Positions 52,433 to 64,000 of a stretch of 64,000 nt of DNA are shown in pieces. The stretch is from Paraspadella gotoi (taxonomy: Eukaryota; Animalia; Chaetognatha), in assembly GCA_051294375.1 (NCBI GenBank), contig CM119266.1, forward strand, positions 22,015,875 through 22,079,874, given 5' to 3'. The notes beneath the pieces were generated by a model that did no database searches, was not told where the DNA came from, and was given only the letters and a program-made list of their open reading frames with translations. The stretch's first letter is position 1, and each line of letters begins with the position of its first letter. Both the position numbers and the translations under genes were made by a program.

Positions 52433-53183
52433 AATCAATTTATTTATATATTAATTAATTATTCAATCAATCAATTTATTTATAAATTAATTATTTAATC
52501 AATCAATCAAGTCAATCTTTATCGGCATTATTGTCATCATTGTCGTCGTTGCTTTTGTCGTGGTCAGTGACGAAAAGACCTAAAAAACGTTTTGGATCAA
52601 AATAATTAATTTATTAATTCAATTATTATTTTAGTTTATATAACTTGTATTAATTAATTAATTAATTAGCCCTAATGATCGTGGGCAGATCCGACATTGT
52701 TTGCTCAAACTTGTTCAATTATTTATCATAATACAATGTTTTGACATGATCTAAGTGACTTACGACAAGATTTTGGGGTGGGAGCGATGAACCGACCAAG
52801 TGGATGGTAGAGCCATAAGCAAATCTGGCTAAAAACTATTAAATTAGGATAACAGATAATTTTTCTTCAATAAACAAACTTAATGAAAGAAATTTTGAAA
52901 AAGAATGACAGTTTTTTATGTAACTTTTTATAAAGAATTCGAATCTGCCATCAATGTTTAAAATTTGTTTGAAACTTTTTTTATATACTTTTTTTATATA
53001 CAAGTTTTTATGATTTATGTTTAAAATTTTGATTCCATTAAAAATAAGAAAAATCACTTTACTCTCATTTGCCTTGAAGAAGTATGACTCTAATAGATTG
53101 AAATATTGATGATAAAAATTGTACTTGTACTACATCTAAGTATTCTAAAATTATTCAAATATTAATTTTTTGAATAGGTTCTG

Positions 53184-53461
53184 TAGTCGGGCATTGCCTA
53201 GGTTCACCCCGCCTATAAGCATGACATTTTTAGTTGTGACCCGGTGGCTCATTGAGTAAAGCCATCAGCTCATGACCACTAGGTACCGGGTTCAATCCCA
53301 ACCCGGTACCTACCCTGCGGGAAGCGTGAGGACGGCCGTAAGCTAGCTTGGGGGCGTGGCAAACCCTCAAGCCTGGTTTCATGCCCAGGACCCGTTCCAT
53401 GGCTGCTAGAGAGGGTTATAGAAGTTACGGATACTCATCTTCAGCCCATTTAGCGCCTTAA
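53184..53461 (+). mobile_element. tRNA-derived SINE-like cassette with HINE-type 5' end; inverted copy of 52162-52432
   Basis: A-box-like TGGCTCATTGAG (53245-53256), B-box GGTTCAATCCC (53289-53299); aligns over ~270 bp with the rc of 52162-52432. Confidence 0.8.
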
Positions 53462-56298
53462 CTACAGTTCTCAAACTATCAGAAATTAGCTAATTCTACT
53501 GAACTGTTATTAATAATGATTTTTTAAAGAGTTTATAAATAGTTTATTACATATATAAAAAATTCATATAATAAAACAAATATTAATAATATATTAAATT
53601 AAAAATTATGACACCACCTTGGCTTGGGATACAAAATAGGATTCTAAATTCTGGCTGTCCGATTGGGAAAGTCTCTCTCTCCGTTATGAATTTGAGTTTA
53701 CAATTATGTGCTCTTCATTGAATTGGAAATTTTTCTTTTTGTGGATGGAGCTTTGGCAGTTTTATTTTAACATTTCAGGGGCCCGCCGGCCAAACCAGGA
53801 CATTGTACTGTTCGAGAGGGGTCTTTCTTTCTTTGAGAGCTGCCGCTGCAGCATTTATACTGCATCAGCAGACGCATTTACAGCAGAAGTCGGTCGAAGG
53901 CCGGCTTTTTCTCAACCTAAGTCTGCCCCTGCACCTCCCATTGGCCTTCTTTTCTTCGCCACTTTCCCGAAACTATCTTCGCTTTCTTTTCTCTCCTTAT
54001 TTTGATGGTTAAGGCAATGTGTTTCGCTCGAGTTTAACTCCTTCCGGCTGTCAGTATTGCCGGTAACGTTTAAGAACGTAAAATCTTTAATTATATATTT
54101 TTTTAGTCGAGTGATATATTTTATTGCTACTGTATGTCTGTTTCTTACTACATTATTGACCCTCAAAAAAGTAAAAAGTAAAAAGTAAAAAGAATTTATG
54201 GTCATTCTATTTATAAGTAATGTAAATAAATTTTCATTGTTTTAACTAACTGATAATCTACATTTCATGTAATATATTCATATTGATATTGCCTCAGTTT
54301 TCAGGTAAAGAATTCAAGCATTCTTATTTTTTTACAATGAGGATTTAAAAGTTGCTCTATTTCCTTGCTCTACATAACAGGATATTCTGTTTCTTTGTTT
54401 CATCTAGCCTACTGTTTGTCAGTTTCAAGGTTTGGAACTGAAAAGGGTTGGCATTGCCTTCGCCGCTGAAGCTTTCTCTTTAAACTCGTTTCAAAGTAAT
54501 ACAGAATATTATGTCGAACTTTCTTTCTTGTAAAATTGTTTTTAACTTCGTTGTCTCAAGAGCTTCATCTATTTCGAGTCTCTGTGAGACCCTCTCCTCT
54601 TCCTCATTTCTCTCACATATAAACTGTCTCCAGTTTCTCTTTCTTCTACCTCCTACATTTCGAGGCTGGGTGTTACAAAGTTCTATTCTGCTATTATTTT
54701 TTCCCTCAAGCTAAGCAAGATTTAGTAAAGCGGTTAACATTTTTGTCTTTCTACAATATAACTCTAATAATTGTATTTTAGTACGAAAAAGTCCCGAGTA
54801 GAACCGTCCATTAAATTTATTGCGCCTTTTTCTTGAATATCTTCTGTAGTTTTGGACTAAAAATTAGTTCATGGCCGGCCGCGTCCTATCAACCAAGGAC
54901 GTTCGAGCTTTGTTGGTCGACTTCGTACCAAAAATGGGCCGGTTCTTTCCTCGATTTATTTTTATTATCAAAGTAACATTTTTCAAACTCTTAAACATTC
55001 TAAGAAATTTTATAAAGTATATCATTAATAAAAATTCGTACCCTAATCAAAAAGTTTGTTGAAATCCTTAAGTTTTGCGCTTATTAAAAATATTTACAAT
55101 TTGATTTGTTTTTTCCCGCCGGCCCATTTCTACTTCTCTTACACGCTTCTTCTCTTCCTCGTTCAGTTTTATTTCTTGAGTTTTTGAGTTTGAATCGCTT
55201 TTCTTTGTTTTGATCCTCGGCTTTTTCAAAACGCTCACCTCCAAAAAATTTAAAATAACGCTTACTGTTTTATTAGAGTTTGTAATTATATATTGATTAC
55301 TTATTAATTTACTTTTTAATTAACAATCATAAATTCGGTCAATATAACAAGGAATATGTAAAACGTATATGAACAACTATATTTTATTTTTAAAAATTTC
55401 GGGAATGATCTAATTTTGATGCTTTGTTCACGATTGTGATCGATGCTGAATTTAGCTCTGAATGTTTCGTTGCTCGGAAATTCGTTTTAGGGACCAAAAA
55501 GAACGAACGAGATGATGCTTCCCTCTGTGAAGATAACATTATATAGGACATTCCAGAACCGCGGAAGTCGAACACGTGCCACCCATTTTCATTCCTTGCT
55601 GGACATCGTGAAATCGTGCAGAGTGCAGAGTTTGGTTCGAATCCTGTTACGCAATATTGCCCTGAGGAAGGAAACAAGCTTTGGCGAGGGAGCAGGTTGG
55701 GGTTTAGAATTGCCGCTTTACTTCGCCTTCCTTTGGTCAGTTTTAGTCAATCTAAGTAACGAAACAACACGGCTAAAAAGTGACCTCATATGGAACCGTG
55801 GGCCAAACGAGATTTCCTCTTGGCCAGTCTAAACTGAGAACTGAGAATCGTGGAGAGCATTAGCAGCAGAAAGTGACCAGCAGCGGCAGCGCTACATCAG
55901 GGCTTCTGTAGCTGCAGCAGTAACAGCAGCATACCCAAGATGGATGTCAGAAGCACACTAAGGGTATTCCGAGATGCACTCAGGAATGATATTCGTTGGA
56001 TAAACACATATCGTTACAAGCGGATTGATAAATCGACTTAATTGCAAAATATTATCTTAAGAAAACACCTTCGATCTTAAGGTTGACAATATCATGATTC
56101 TTATTAAAATAGTGGATGAAGCAATTTGAAATAATGCACGAGGGACAGTAATTTATTTTAAATGAACCCGCTAATCTTATCTAAATTTAAATAAAATTTG
56201 AATATAAAAATGATTAGTAAACTTTATTTTGAATAATTCAATAAATATCTTTATTTTGTTAAGTTTTTATACCGTAGTTCTCAAATCATTTTAAACCG

Positions 56299-56542
56299 TA
56301 GTGAGGCCGCATCAACTCATGGCTTGACCACTGTCCGCCCCGACCTCCGTCGCTGAGAACGTTAGGCCTTGGCCAATGCTTCTAAAATGCTGCGGAACTG
56401 CGGCTGACGCGCCTTATCCGGCGGATTTCCGCAAAAGTAACTCACCACCTGACCGTGTAACGCGGACGCCCACGCTTACTTTTTTTCGCGCTCGATCGTC
56501 ATTGGTCGGAAACTTGCGCGTCAGCGTCGATTGAGGTCACTA
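56299..56542. mobile_element. Possible MITE (~245 bp) with imperfect TIRs
   Basis: GC-rich island in AT-rich flanks; left TAGTGAGGCCGCATCAAC..GCTTGAC vs rc of right end TAGTGACCTCAATCGACGCTGAC. Confidence 0.35.
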
Positions 56543-59500
56543 TATTAAATCCGTACATTGGAGGAAAGGGAAGAGGAGGAAGAGTTAGAACAGAATGGTT
56601 CAGAGGTTTCGTCCTCTTTTTTTTGCTTTTTTTTTTTTTTTTTTTTGCGGATGGACAAAACGTCACATTCTCACACATTTACATAACGGTTTTCTTTTAT
56701 ATTAAGTACATTTTGTCAAAATTTTGATTGAAAACTTTTTTTACCTACTTTCGCAAGTTTATTTTTAGTTGTATAATTAATTTTTTTTTTTATCATTTTA
56801 CATAGGCTACATCGCGCCGATCGTGCACGCTGGACGGCATAAAATATACAAGCAAACTACTACCGCGTTTCTTGCCTCCAATATATAAAAACAAAACATT
56901 GAAATGGATCCCTTACTCCGTTTAAAATTTTGTCCCTTTTTTCGCTTGAGATACGAACCTGTCTTCCTCACACCTTGACCATTCTCCCTCACTCTCCGCT
57001 TCTATTTAGCCCTTCCACTCAACATGCCCCCCCTTTCTTTATCCACCTAAACTTTCTCCGCCAATATCAAAGCGAAAAAAGATATATCGTCTCGCTCTCT
57101 CTTTCGTCTTCGATCGACGTTCTCGGGGAAAAAACTAACTTAAAAAAAAAAAAAAACCAAATGCGTTGTCGAGGACGTCACATTCCCCCCTTTCCCCCAT
57201 ACCGTCACGGCGCCGGGCGCTCAACTTTACTCTCAGGATGTCACTCGCCTACCGTCCGCCGCGCCCTCGTTTTATCGCTACCGCCGACGAAGCCGTCGTC
57301 GTCGCCGCCCGCGTAGACGGGGCTCGTTTAAATTCTCCATCCTCGCTCTCTCCCCCCACTCTCTCTTTTTTCCCCGTCGACGACGACGAGGACGACGACC
57401 GCGTTTTCTGACGACGACGGCGGACCTCGTTTTTTCCTCCCCCCGACGCCTCTCGCTTCTCCCTCCCGTTGAAACTCGGGGCTTTCGCTCCTCCTCATCA
57501 CTCGTCCTCCTCCTGCAACTTCATCGCCGCTTCTCTCGCTTCACATGCGCGTCTTCATTAACTTTTTTAAATTTTTTTTTCTCTCTCTCTCTCTCTCTCG
57601 CATTCGTTTTAGCGCTCGCATGTCGGCGCTAAGGTCATCCTAGGCATCGTGATCCTTTATGCAAACTGTACAACTGATAACAAAAATTTAAAAAAAAAAA
57701 ATAATAAAAACAAAAGGGGGGGGAAAAAAAACTCGGATCGACGAAGGAAGAAAAACGAGTCGATAGAAGGGAGGCGGAAAAAAAAACTTTAAAATTAAAA
57801 AAAAAAAAAACTGATTCGAATCTACTGGAGAAGACGAACGACATCGTTGCGAAAGAATAATCGCGGATCGATTCGCGATTTGCCGCGCGGGATCGTTCGG
57901 TCGAACATTCGTTCGCGCATGACGCCCAAAAATAAAGAGAGAGAGAAAGAAAAGAAAACATGATTTTTCACTCCATTCCTTTAATATCGTCCAATATGAA
58001 GACCTTCCTTCCTGGAGATCCTTCATAATTTTTGAATGGATACTATTTCCAAAAAAACATTTAATGATTAAGTAAGGTGGACCCTACCTTTCTCAAGCAT
58101 TACTCGAAAATAAAAAAAAGGTTGGACCGAAACATATTTTCCAGAGGAAAAGAACCTGAAAAAAAAGCTGAATCGCAGTCGAAGGGAAAAAAATTGGATT
58201 CGTCATCGTTAGACGTAATCTTTGATCTTCCGCTGTCTGTAATCACGATCACAATCAAGGATCATGCAAGCCCCATATTTCAAGCGACTTTTTAAAAAAG
58301 TGAGAGAAAATTTACTTGAAGACATATTTACAACCTAATTACTCCAGTTTGCATTCCTTTTAGTTAATACATCCTCATATCGCTTTGTGCCAAATTATTA
58401 TTCTTTTTTCTCCGAACGTACTTTGCCTTACGTTTCTTTTACCTTTTCATTTCAAATCCCTTAATCTGCTGCTGAAAACACTGGAGGACTCTTAAAATGA
58501 CTTACAATTTAAAAAAATCATAGTTAAAAGATTTTGGTCGCCCATGGCATACACAGCTATTCAGCGCCTACTACCAAGTCTTAGCCAACACCCCATTCAG
58601 ATTTCATTCCATTTTCTCTTGCGCCAAAAAAACGTCGCGTTTTGTACATTCAACTATTATCTGTGTACCTGTGATTCCAAATACTATCGTATTGCCAAAT
58701 TCGTTCCACGTTTTATGACATTGCAACAAAATGTAAATGTGAAAAAAAATTTTGCCGACTTTATTTTTTCATTGTTCATATTTGGCCAAATGGCTTCAGC
58801 TGTCAATCAGTGATACTCAGAGGAACTCCTCGATCCATATAAAAAACTTAAAAAAAAAAAAAAAAAAATCATCCACGATTCTTCATTTAGTTTCTTTCTT
58901 TCGCCAATTTTTTCAAATCTTTATCGCCTTCCAATTTGATATCCTATGATGCACTCGACTTCCTCCTTGTTGAAACCTTCATTCGTAAACTTAAAAAAAC
59001 CGAGAAAAAAAACTGTCTCGATGTGATTTCCAGGACACTAATAAAAAAAATAACCGTCCTGAGTTTATGCACAAGAAGAAAAAAAATTAATTTCTCGTCC
59101 TTGTAAACGGAATCTGTCTTACGTGATGCATATAGGACGCAACATCTGTCTTCAAGTGATTCTTCCAAGGATATTCCGTCTCACACACATTCACACACAT
59201 AAGAAAAAAAACATTTTCCGCATGTCACACAAAGGCTTCAAAACAATCACGATCCCGAGACTCTTTCCCCAGGATCCCACCCCCTCATGAATCGTCTCAC
59301 TTTTTTCAGTCTCTCCCTTTCTCATTGGCCAATTCGCCACATCTCGAACGTCATCTCAGATCCACGCTTTCCTCTCCAGCACAGATTTTTGAAGACTGTG
59401 ATGACACAGCCACGCATCCTTTACAGTGAGTAACTATATTTGAATTCGAGCAAATGTGAAACAAAACCTTTTGTTTTCAAATCAATCTTGTAACTCGCAA

Positions 59501-60337
59501 CGTTCCTTAGTAAAGATCAACAGTGAAATCTACATTTTTCCACTTTTCTGTATACGCTTCTTCCTTGGTTGTCGTATTACTTGGTCCGTTTTCGACAAAC
59601 TGACTATATTCGTATTACGTTTTTGTTTTTAAAATCCCGAGTATACATGCAAAACCATGAAACTTTATCATCCAATAAAACCTCCATTTCACCGTCAACA
59701 CTCCCCATAAAAGAGCCAAAGACATGTTCAGATTCAGCCAATATTGGAATTCTCTCATGTGTTAAATCAATACAGCTTTATACTAACAAAGTTTGAAAAA
59801 AAAAATTGAAAAAAAGTCTATAGCGACTGGAACTAAAGTTTTAACCCACAACGTTTGAGAGTTGAAATTAAAAACTTCTCCGAAAGGAAAAAAGGTTTGA
59901 ATTTCATTCTCGGCTGATAAACCTGGAAATAAAACGGCCCTCTTCCAAGCATCACGTCGCAAGCGAAAAAGTCGCCCTACTCGAAAAAGCCACACCGTCC
60001 CGTATTTCTCTTATCGTCTACACCCTCAGAATTTCTTTCAGAAATAGCATCTTCACTTATATCTACCTATTAACGTGCCAAATTTACCTATCTGAATATC
60101 ACCGTCGGTTATGGCCGGTAATTGTACGGAATTACCTGTCATTATTGCGTAACGCAGCCAGTTTATTGTGAACATTTTACCACTTGGATGCGATTTTCAA
60201 GCAGCATAAGATTCTTTTATACAAGGCAAAAAAACAATTTCGAGGCATGTTTCATTGGCTGGAATTTTTTAATCGGCAAATTCAACCTGACGACCTTTTT
60301 GTATTATTAATATAACTCCATTCTCTCGCTTCCGGAT

Positions 60338-63300
60338 ATGGCGGCCGCCGAATTGTATGCTTCAACGTGGAGCGACGGTTTGACGACCGCTGCGGCGCGG
60401 TGGCATCAAAGCCTCAGAGAAATGAACAATTTAAGATTACAGGTATGTTAGTTCATTTTTTTACCACATTTTCATTAATAAGGCTTGATCGAAGTGTAAA
60501 ACATTATTCTTTTATTCTATTATGTGAAGTGTATGATTGCCTATGAAAATGATATCCGGATTTTAACCCAACATGTGTAAGAAATTACTACGACTGCAGT
60601 TGATTCAATAATCGACTTTCTGAATTCAACTCAATTATTTTGACCTAAATCTAGCCCAAAGAGGAAGCAGTGTAGTTGTCATAAATATTCACGAGTCCTT
60701 GTCCCGAGATTTGATCTTGGTTTTTATGCGAATTTGCATTTCCGATGATTTCCGTCCTGACACTTTTACAAATGACGCGTGTGCTTTGGTCTCCATTTTC
60801 AATCTTTCTTCCATTTCTCCTCTTCCTCATTCAGATCAATTACATATTTACTCTTTTTCTTGAAAGGTCATATCCGCCTCTTTTCTTTGTTTAAAATTTA
60901 GTGAGTCATCGTATGTTTATTAGTCGATTTCTTTTATTTGATTTCACTATCATTTACTGATTGTGAATGCTATCTTTTATATTTTATTCTTTTATTTAAA
61001 AAAAAACTAGTATATATAACTTTTTAGTAGTTACGGTGCGAAAGACAAAGAATGATTTGGCGTCTACCGGAGTTCCTGTGTGTGGCATTCGCTCCTTTTG
61101 ACTCCCTCTTGTCACATTCTCTGATTTCTTTAAATTCAAACATTCTCTTTATCTCCCTTCCATCCACACGTTTTTCTCTTTGTGAGCTCTTTCTGTGATT
61201 TTGGTCTTCGTCGAAAGTTTTTTTTTCTCTTCCACGGCCGTTAGTCGAACGAATCTGTAACAAAGGATAATAAATGAATAGCGAAACAACTTGGTCAGGA
61301 TACCAATACTTTTCGTGATTTTTTTTTTTGAGTGTGACGAAGGTTTTTTCAATTTTTTTTTCCTTTTCAACTTCTGGGAGGTAAAAGAATAAACTGTGAA
61401 AAAAGAGAATCTTTTTCTTGTTGGGTTGTTGTAGAGGAGAGGTCTATTCTCATTAGTGACTCAAGTGGATTTTGGCAAAGAGGTTAGGTAGGCCCTATGC
61501 CGGGGCAAGAACTGGTGGTAAAGCGGTGCCAAAAGAACTTGTTGCAAACAAGAGAAACGAAATCGGGGAAATCAGTGGAAAGATAAAGAAAGTCTATCGT
61601 CGCGGAACAAAGAAAAAATCTTTTGTCTGAGAGAGAAGGGAGAAGAAAACCGAGGAGGGTAAGAAAAGACATTCGCAATTTGTATCCAGACAATGAAATC
61701 GGTTTCGTCCTTCCGCGGCCTTTTTCTTAAGGCTTCCTCAGTAACGGCGGAGAGGTTGAGAACCGGTCCGGGAAATTCGGAATGTAAGAAAAGATTTCAT
61801 GGGAACGCTTTGTTCCCTGAACCGTTTACCAGCAGCAGCCAGCCATTTATTAAAAAAAGTTTACTTTCATTTTTGAAAGCTCAATAGAGAACGCGATGAA
61901 AGGACGATTTTAAAGTTTGAATTCTTTTTTCTATACGTAGACCTATTTTAAGGAAGGACTATTTGTGATGTGCTTGATCCGAAAGTTCTCATTTAGTTGT
62001 TTTTGTTTCATTTTAACTGCTTCGACCAGTCGTCTGTTTTACCTCTAAAGATTCAAAACAAAGCGTCCTCGCTCTTTGAGTTTGCAGAGCTCGCTTTGGG
62101 CGAAGAGATCACGCAGTTTCATCTAACCCCGGTTAATTTTGGATGATGACGAGCAACCTTATCGTATTTTTTATATTAATTGAAAAAATGGTAGTTTATC
62201 TAATCTTAAAAATTAATTACATAGTACGTATAGAGAGTTTAAATAGTTTAGGTTAATTTTAGTTTAGTTAAGTACTGTTTTTAGCAATTTATTTTTTACT
62301 CATTGAGTGCTACAGAGATTGGGTATGAAATGTTTTGTCAAAAAAAAAAAAATTAATATAATTATAAACTTTAGTGATACACGTTTTAGTTTACTTCGTC
62401 CAAGCCTCTTGCACGTTGCATTTACTCGTATTTGAGAGTAGACTAAAATTTGAAAGGAGACTAAATTCTTTTTTCTAATACAAATTTTGATTTTCAAAGT
62501 GTTAAAAAAATCTTTACTGTGATTAAGTTAATCAGACAATTTACGTTCCTTCTTTTCATTCTTTATACTTATTGCCTTTTATTTAGAACAAACTTTGTGA
62601 TATCACCCTCGTTTGTGGAGGTTCCTCTCAAATGGTGTGTCTTCCTGCACACAAACTCGTTCTTTCTGCTACAAGTCCATTTTTCAGGTCTTTACTAAAC
62701 AAGGTAAGATACGGTGCACATTTCTTTACAAATATATCCTTTTTCATCACTTAATGAAAATTTTATTTTCTCAGAGCCATCTTCAGGGAAACACTTGCGT
62801 TCTAGCAGGCGTCACTGGAACCGCAATGAAGGTTGGGGTAACGAATATATGGACGAGCTAATGCTTACAAGAAACAATTTTATAATCAATATATTCATAT
62901 TGGTTTAGGTCCTACTTGATTTTATGTATGGTGGCGCAGTGCTTGAAGTTAATCCAAGAAACGTGAAGGAAATCCACGCCACCGCCCTTCTTTTGCAGGT
63001 TTTAAGCAATCTTTTTAAATCCAGTTAAAAAATAATTATTTAGGTTTTAATTTAAGTTATCGTTCTAACATTTTAATTTAGGTTTTTTTAATTTCATTGA
63101 AATTGTTTTATTTTTTTTTATTAAATTTATTTATTTATTAAATCCCTGTAATTTAATCGGTACATTTAGATTTTCAAAGATTTTGCGGTAATGCCTTTAT
63201 GATTATGTTTATGCAGCTCACGACGGCAGTCCAGATTTGCGAGCATCTCTGTTCCAAGATGGCGGCCTCCAACATCCCTCTCACGTCACCAACCTCGCCC

Positions 63301-63682
63301 TCCCGGCCTCACTCTCGTGGGGGAGGAGGTGGTGCGGGTGCCTCCGGTGGTGGCGGAAACGGTGGAGGCGTTGGTTTTGACGCAGGAGGAGAGGGAGGGT
63401 GCGGCCCTTTGTCTTCGTCCTCTGGCCAAAATCCTTCAAGCGGTTCAGGATTTTTGGGATCAGCTCTTAACGCCGCCCTTCTGGCTAAAAGCTCTTCGGC
63501 TTCGCGCAAAGGAACCACACCACCGCGCTCTATTCACTCCATACCCTCCCTTCCCTCTCAATCCACCGGGTTTCACTCTTCACCCGTATCTCATCACCAT
63601 CACAGAAAATCCCCTCATCCACGATCCAGGACTTCATCCAGGGATTCTCAAAGTCTCTTGGCCATTACTCTGCCCAATTCGG
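60338..63682 (+). CDS. BTB/POZ-domain protein (ZBTB-like N-terminus), 3'-partial
   Basis: Exons 60338-60442, 62587-62703, 62775-62831, 62909-62998, 63217-63682 join in frame: ...SLREMNNLRLQ/NKLCDITLVCGG...AHKLVLSATSPFFRSLL...VLLDFMYGG...ATALLLQ/LTTAVQIC, then a Gly/Ser/Pro/His-rich linker; gene continues beyond the window. Confidence 0.9.
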
Positions 63683-64000
63683 GTCAGTATGATATGTTTT
63701 CTTTCATAGATAAATAGTGATATAAATAGTAAATAGTAAATAGTGATCACAAAAACTTTCGGTCATTTAACCAATCTGGTTAGGAGATCTGTAATATAAA
63801 ATTCATTTGTCCATCATATATTTAAACCATATTTACTATCACTTTTTTAACTAGTGAAGCACAGTATAACATTAAAGCATTTAAATATTTATCAATGCAT
63901 CGGCAATGAAAAAAATTTTTTTTTTTTAAACGGAGTCAGATAGCCCATAAAAATTGTCTACACAAAGTATAATGCGTTTTTCAATATCTCGATGATAAGT

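Noticed and set aside
53236-53305. Functional tRNA gene
   Set aside because: A/B boxes are present, but I could not form a convincing acceptor stem, there is no adjacent poly-T terminator, and the head is fused to a repeated ~170-bp body
61955-61980. TICDVL as an alternative BTB exon
   Set aside because: No AHK/R motif follows; the genuine exon is at 62587
63254-63267. YY1-like motif CAAGATGGCGGC
   Set aside because: Explained by the codons K-M-A-A within the BTB gene exon

Overview
Eukaryotic draft-assembly window (7 N-gaps) from a bilaterian invertebrate with a protostome-type CTCF and short (~60-90 bp) GT-AG introns, so the ORF track misses most real genes. Bases 1-31 kb are an almost gene-free block dense in (CT/GA)n, (GAC)n and (AAAG)n microsatellites; it holds a 3.3-kb 32-bp satellite with a ~1.2-kb higher-order duplication and one well-delimited orphan minus-strand exon. 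Bases 33-64 kb are gene-dense. I reconstructed five genes by hand: (1) a 10-exon single-pass receptor with a Cys-rich ectodomain and a tail packed with tyrosine motifs, mostly invisible in the ORF track; (2) WDR53, tail-to-tail with that receptor, stops 11 bp apart; (3) a complete CTCF (20 coding exons, ~1066 aa, 11 zinc fingers, YDF cohesin motif, AT-hook), head-to-head with WDR53; (4) an hnRNP A1-family gene; (5) the 5' part of a BTB/POZ-domain gene. Upstream of the BTB coding exons is a nested cluster of Helentron-type (DINE/HINE-like) elements carrying a tRNA-derived Pol III cassette. All identifications come from reading and translating the sequence; no database searches were run.
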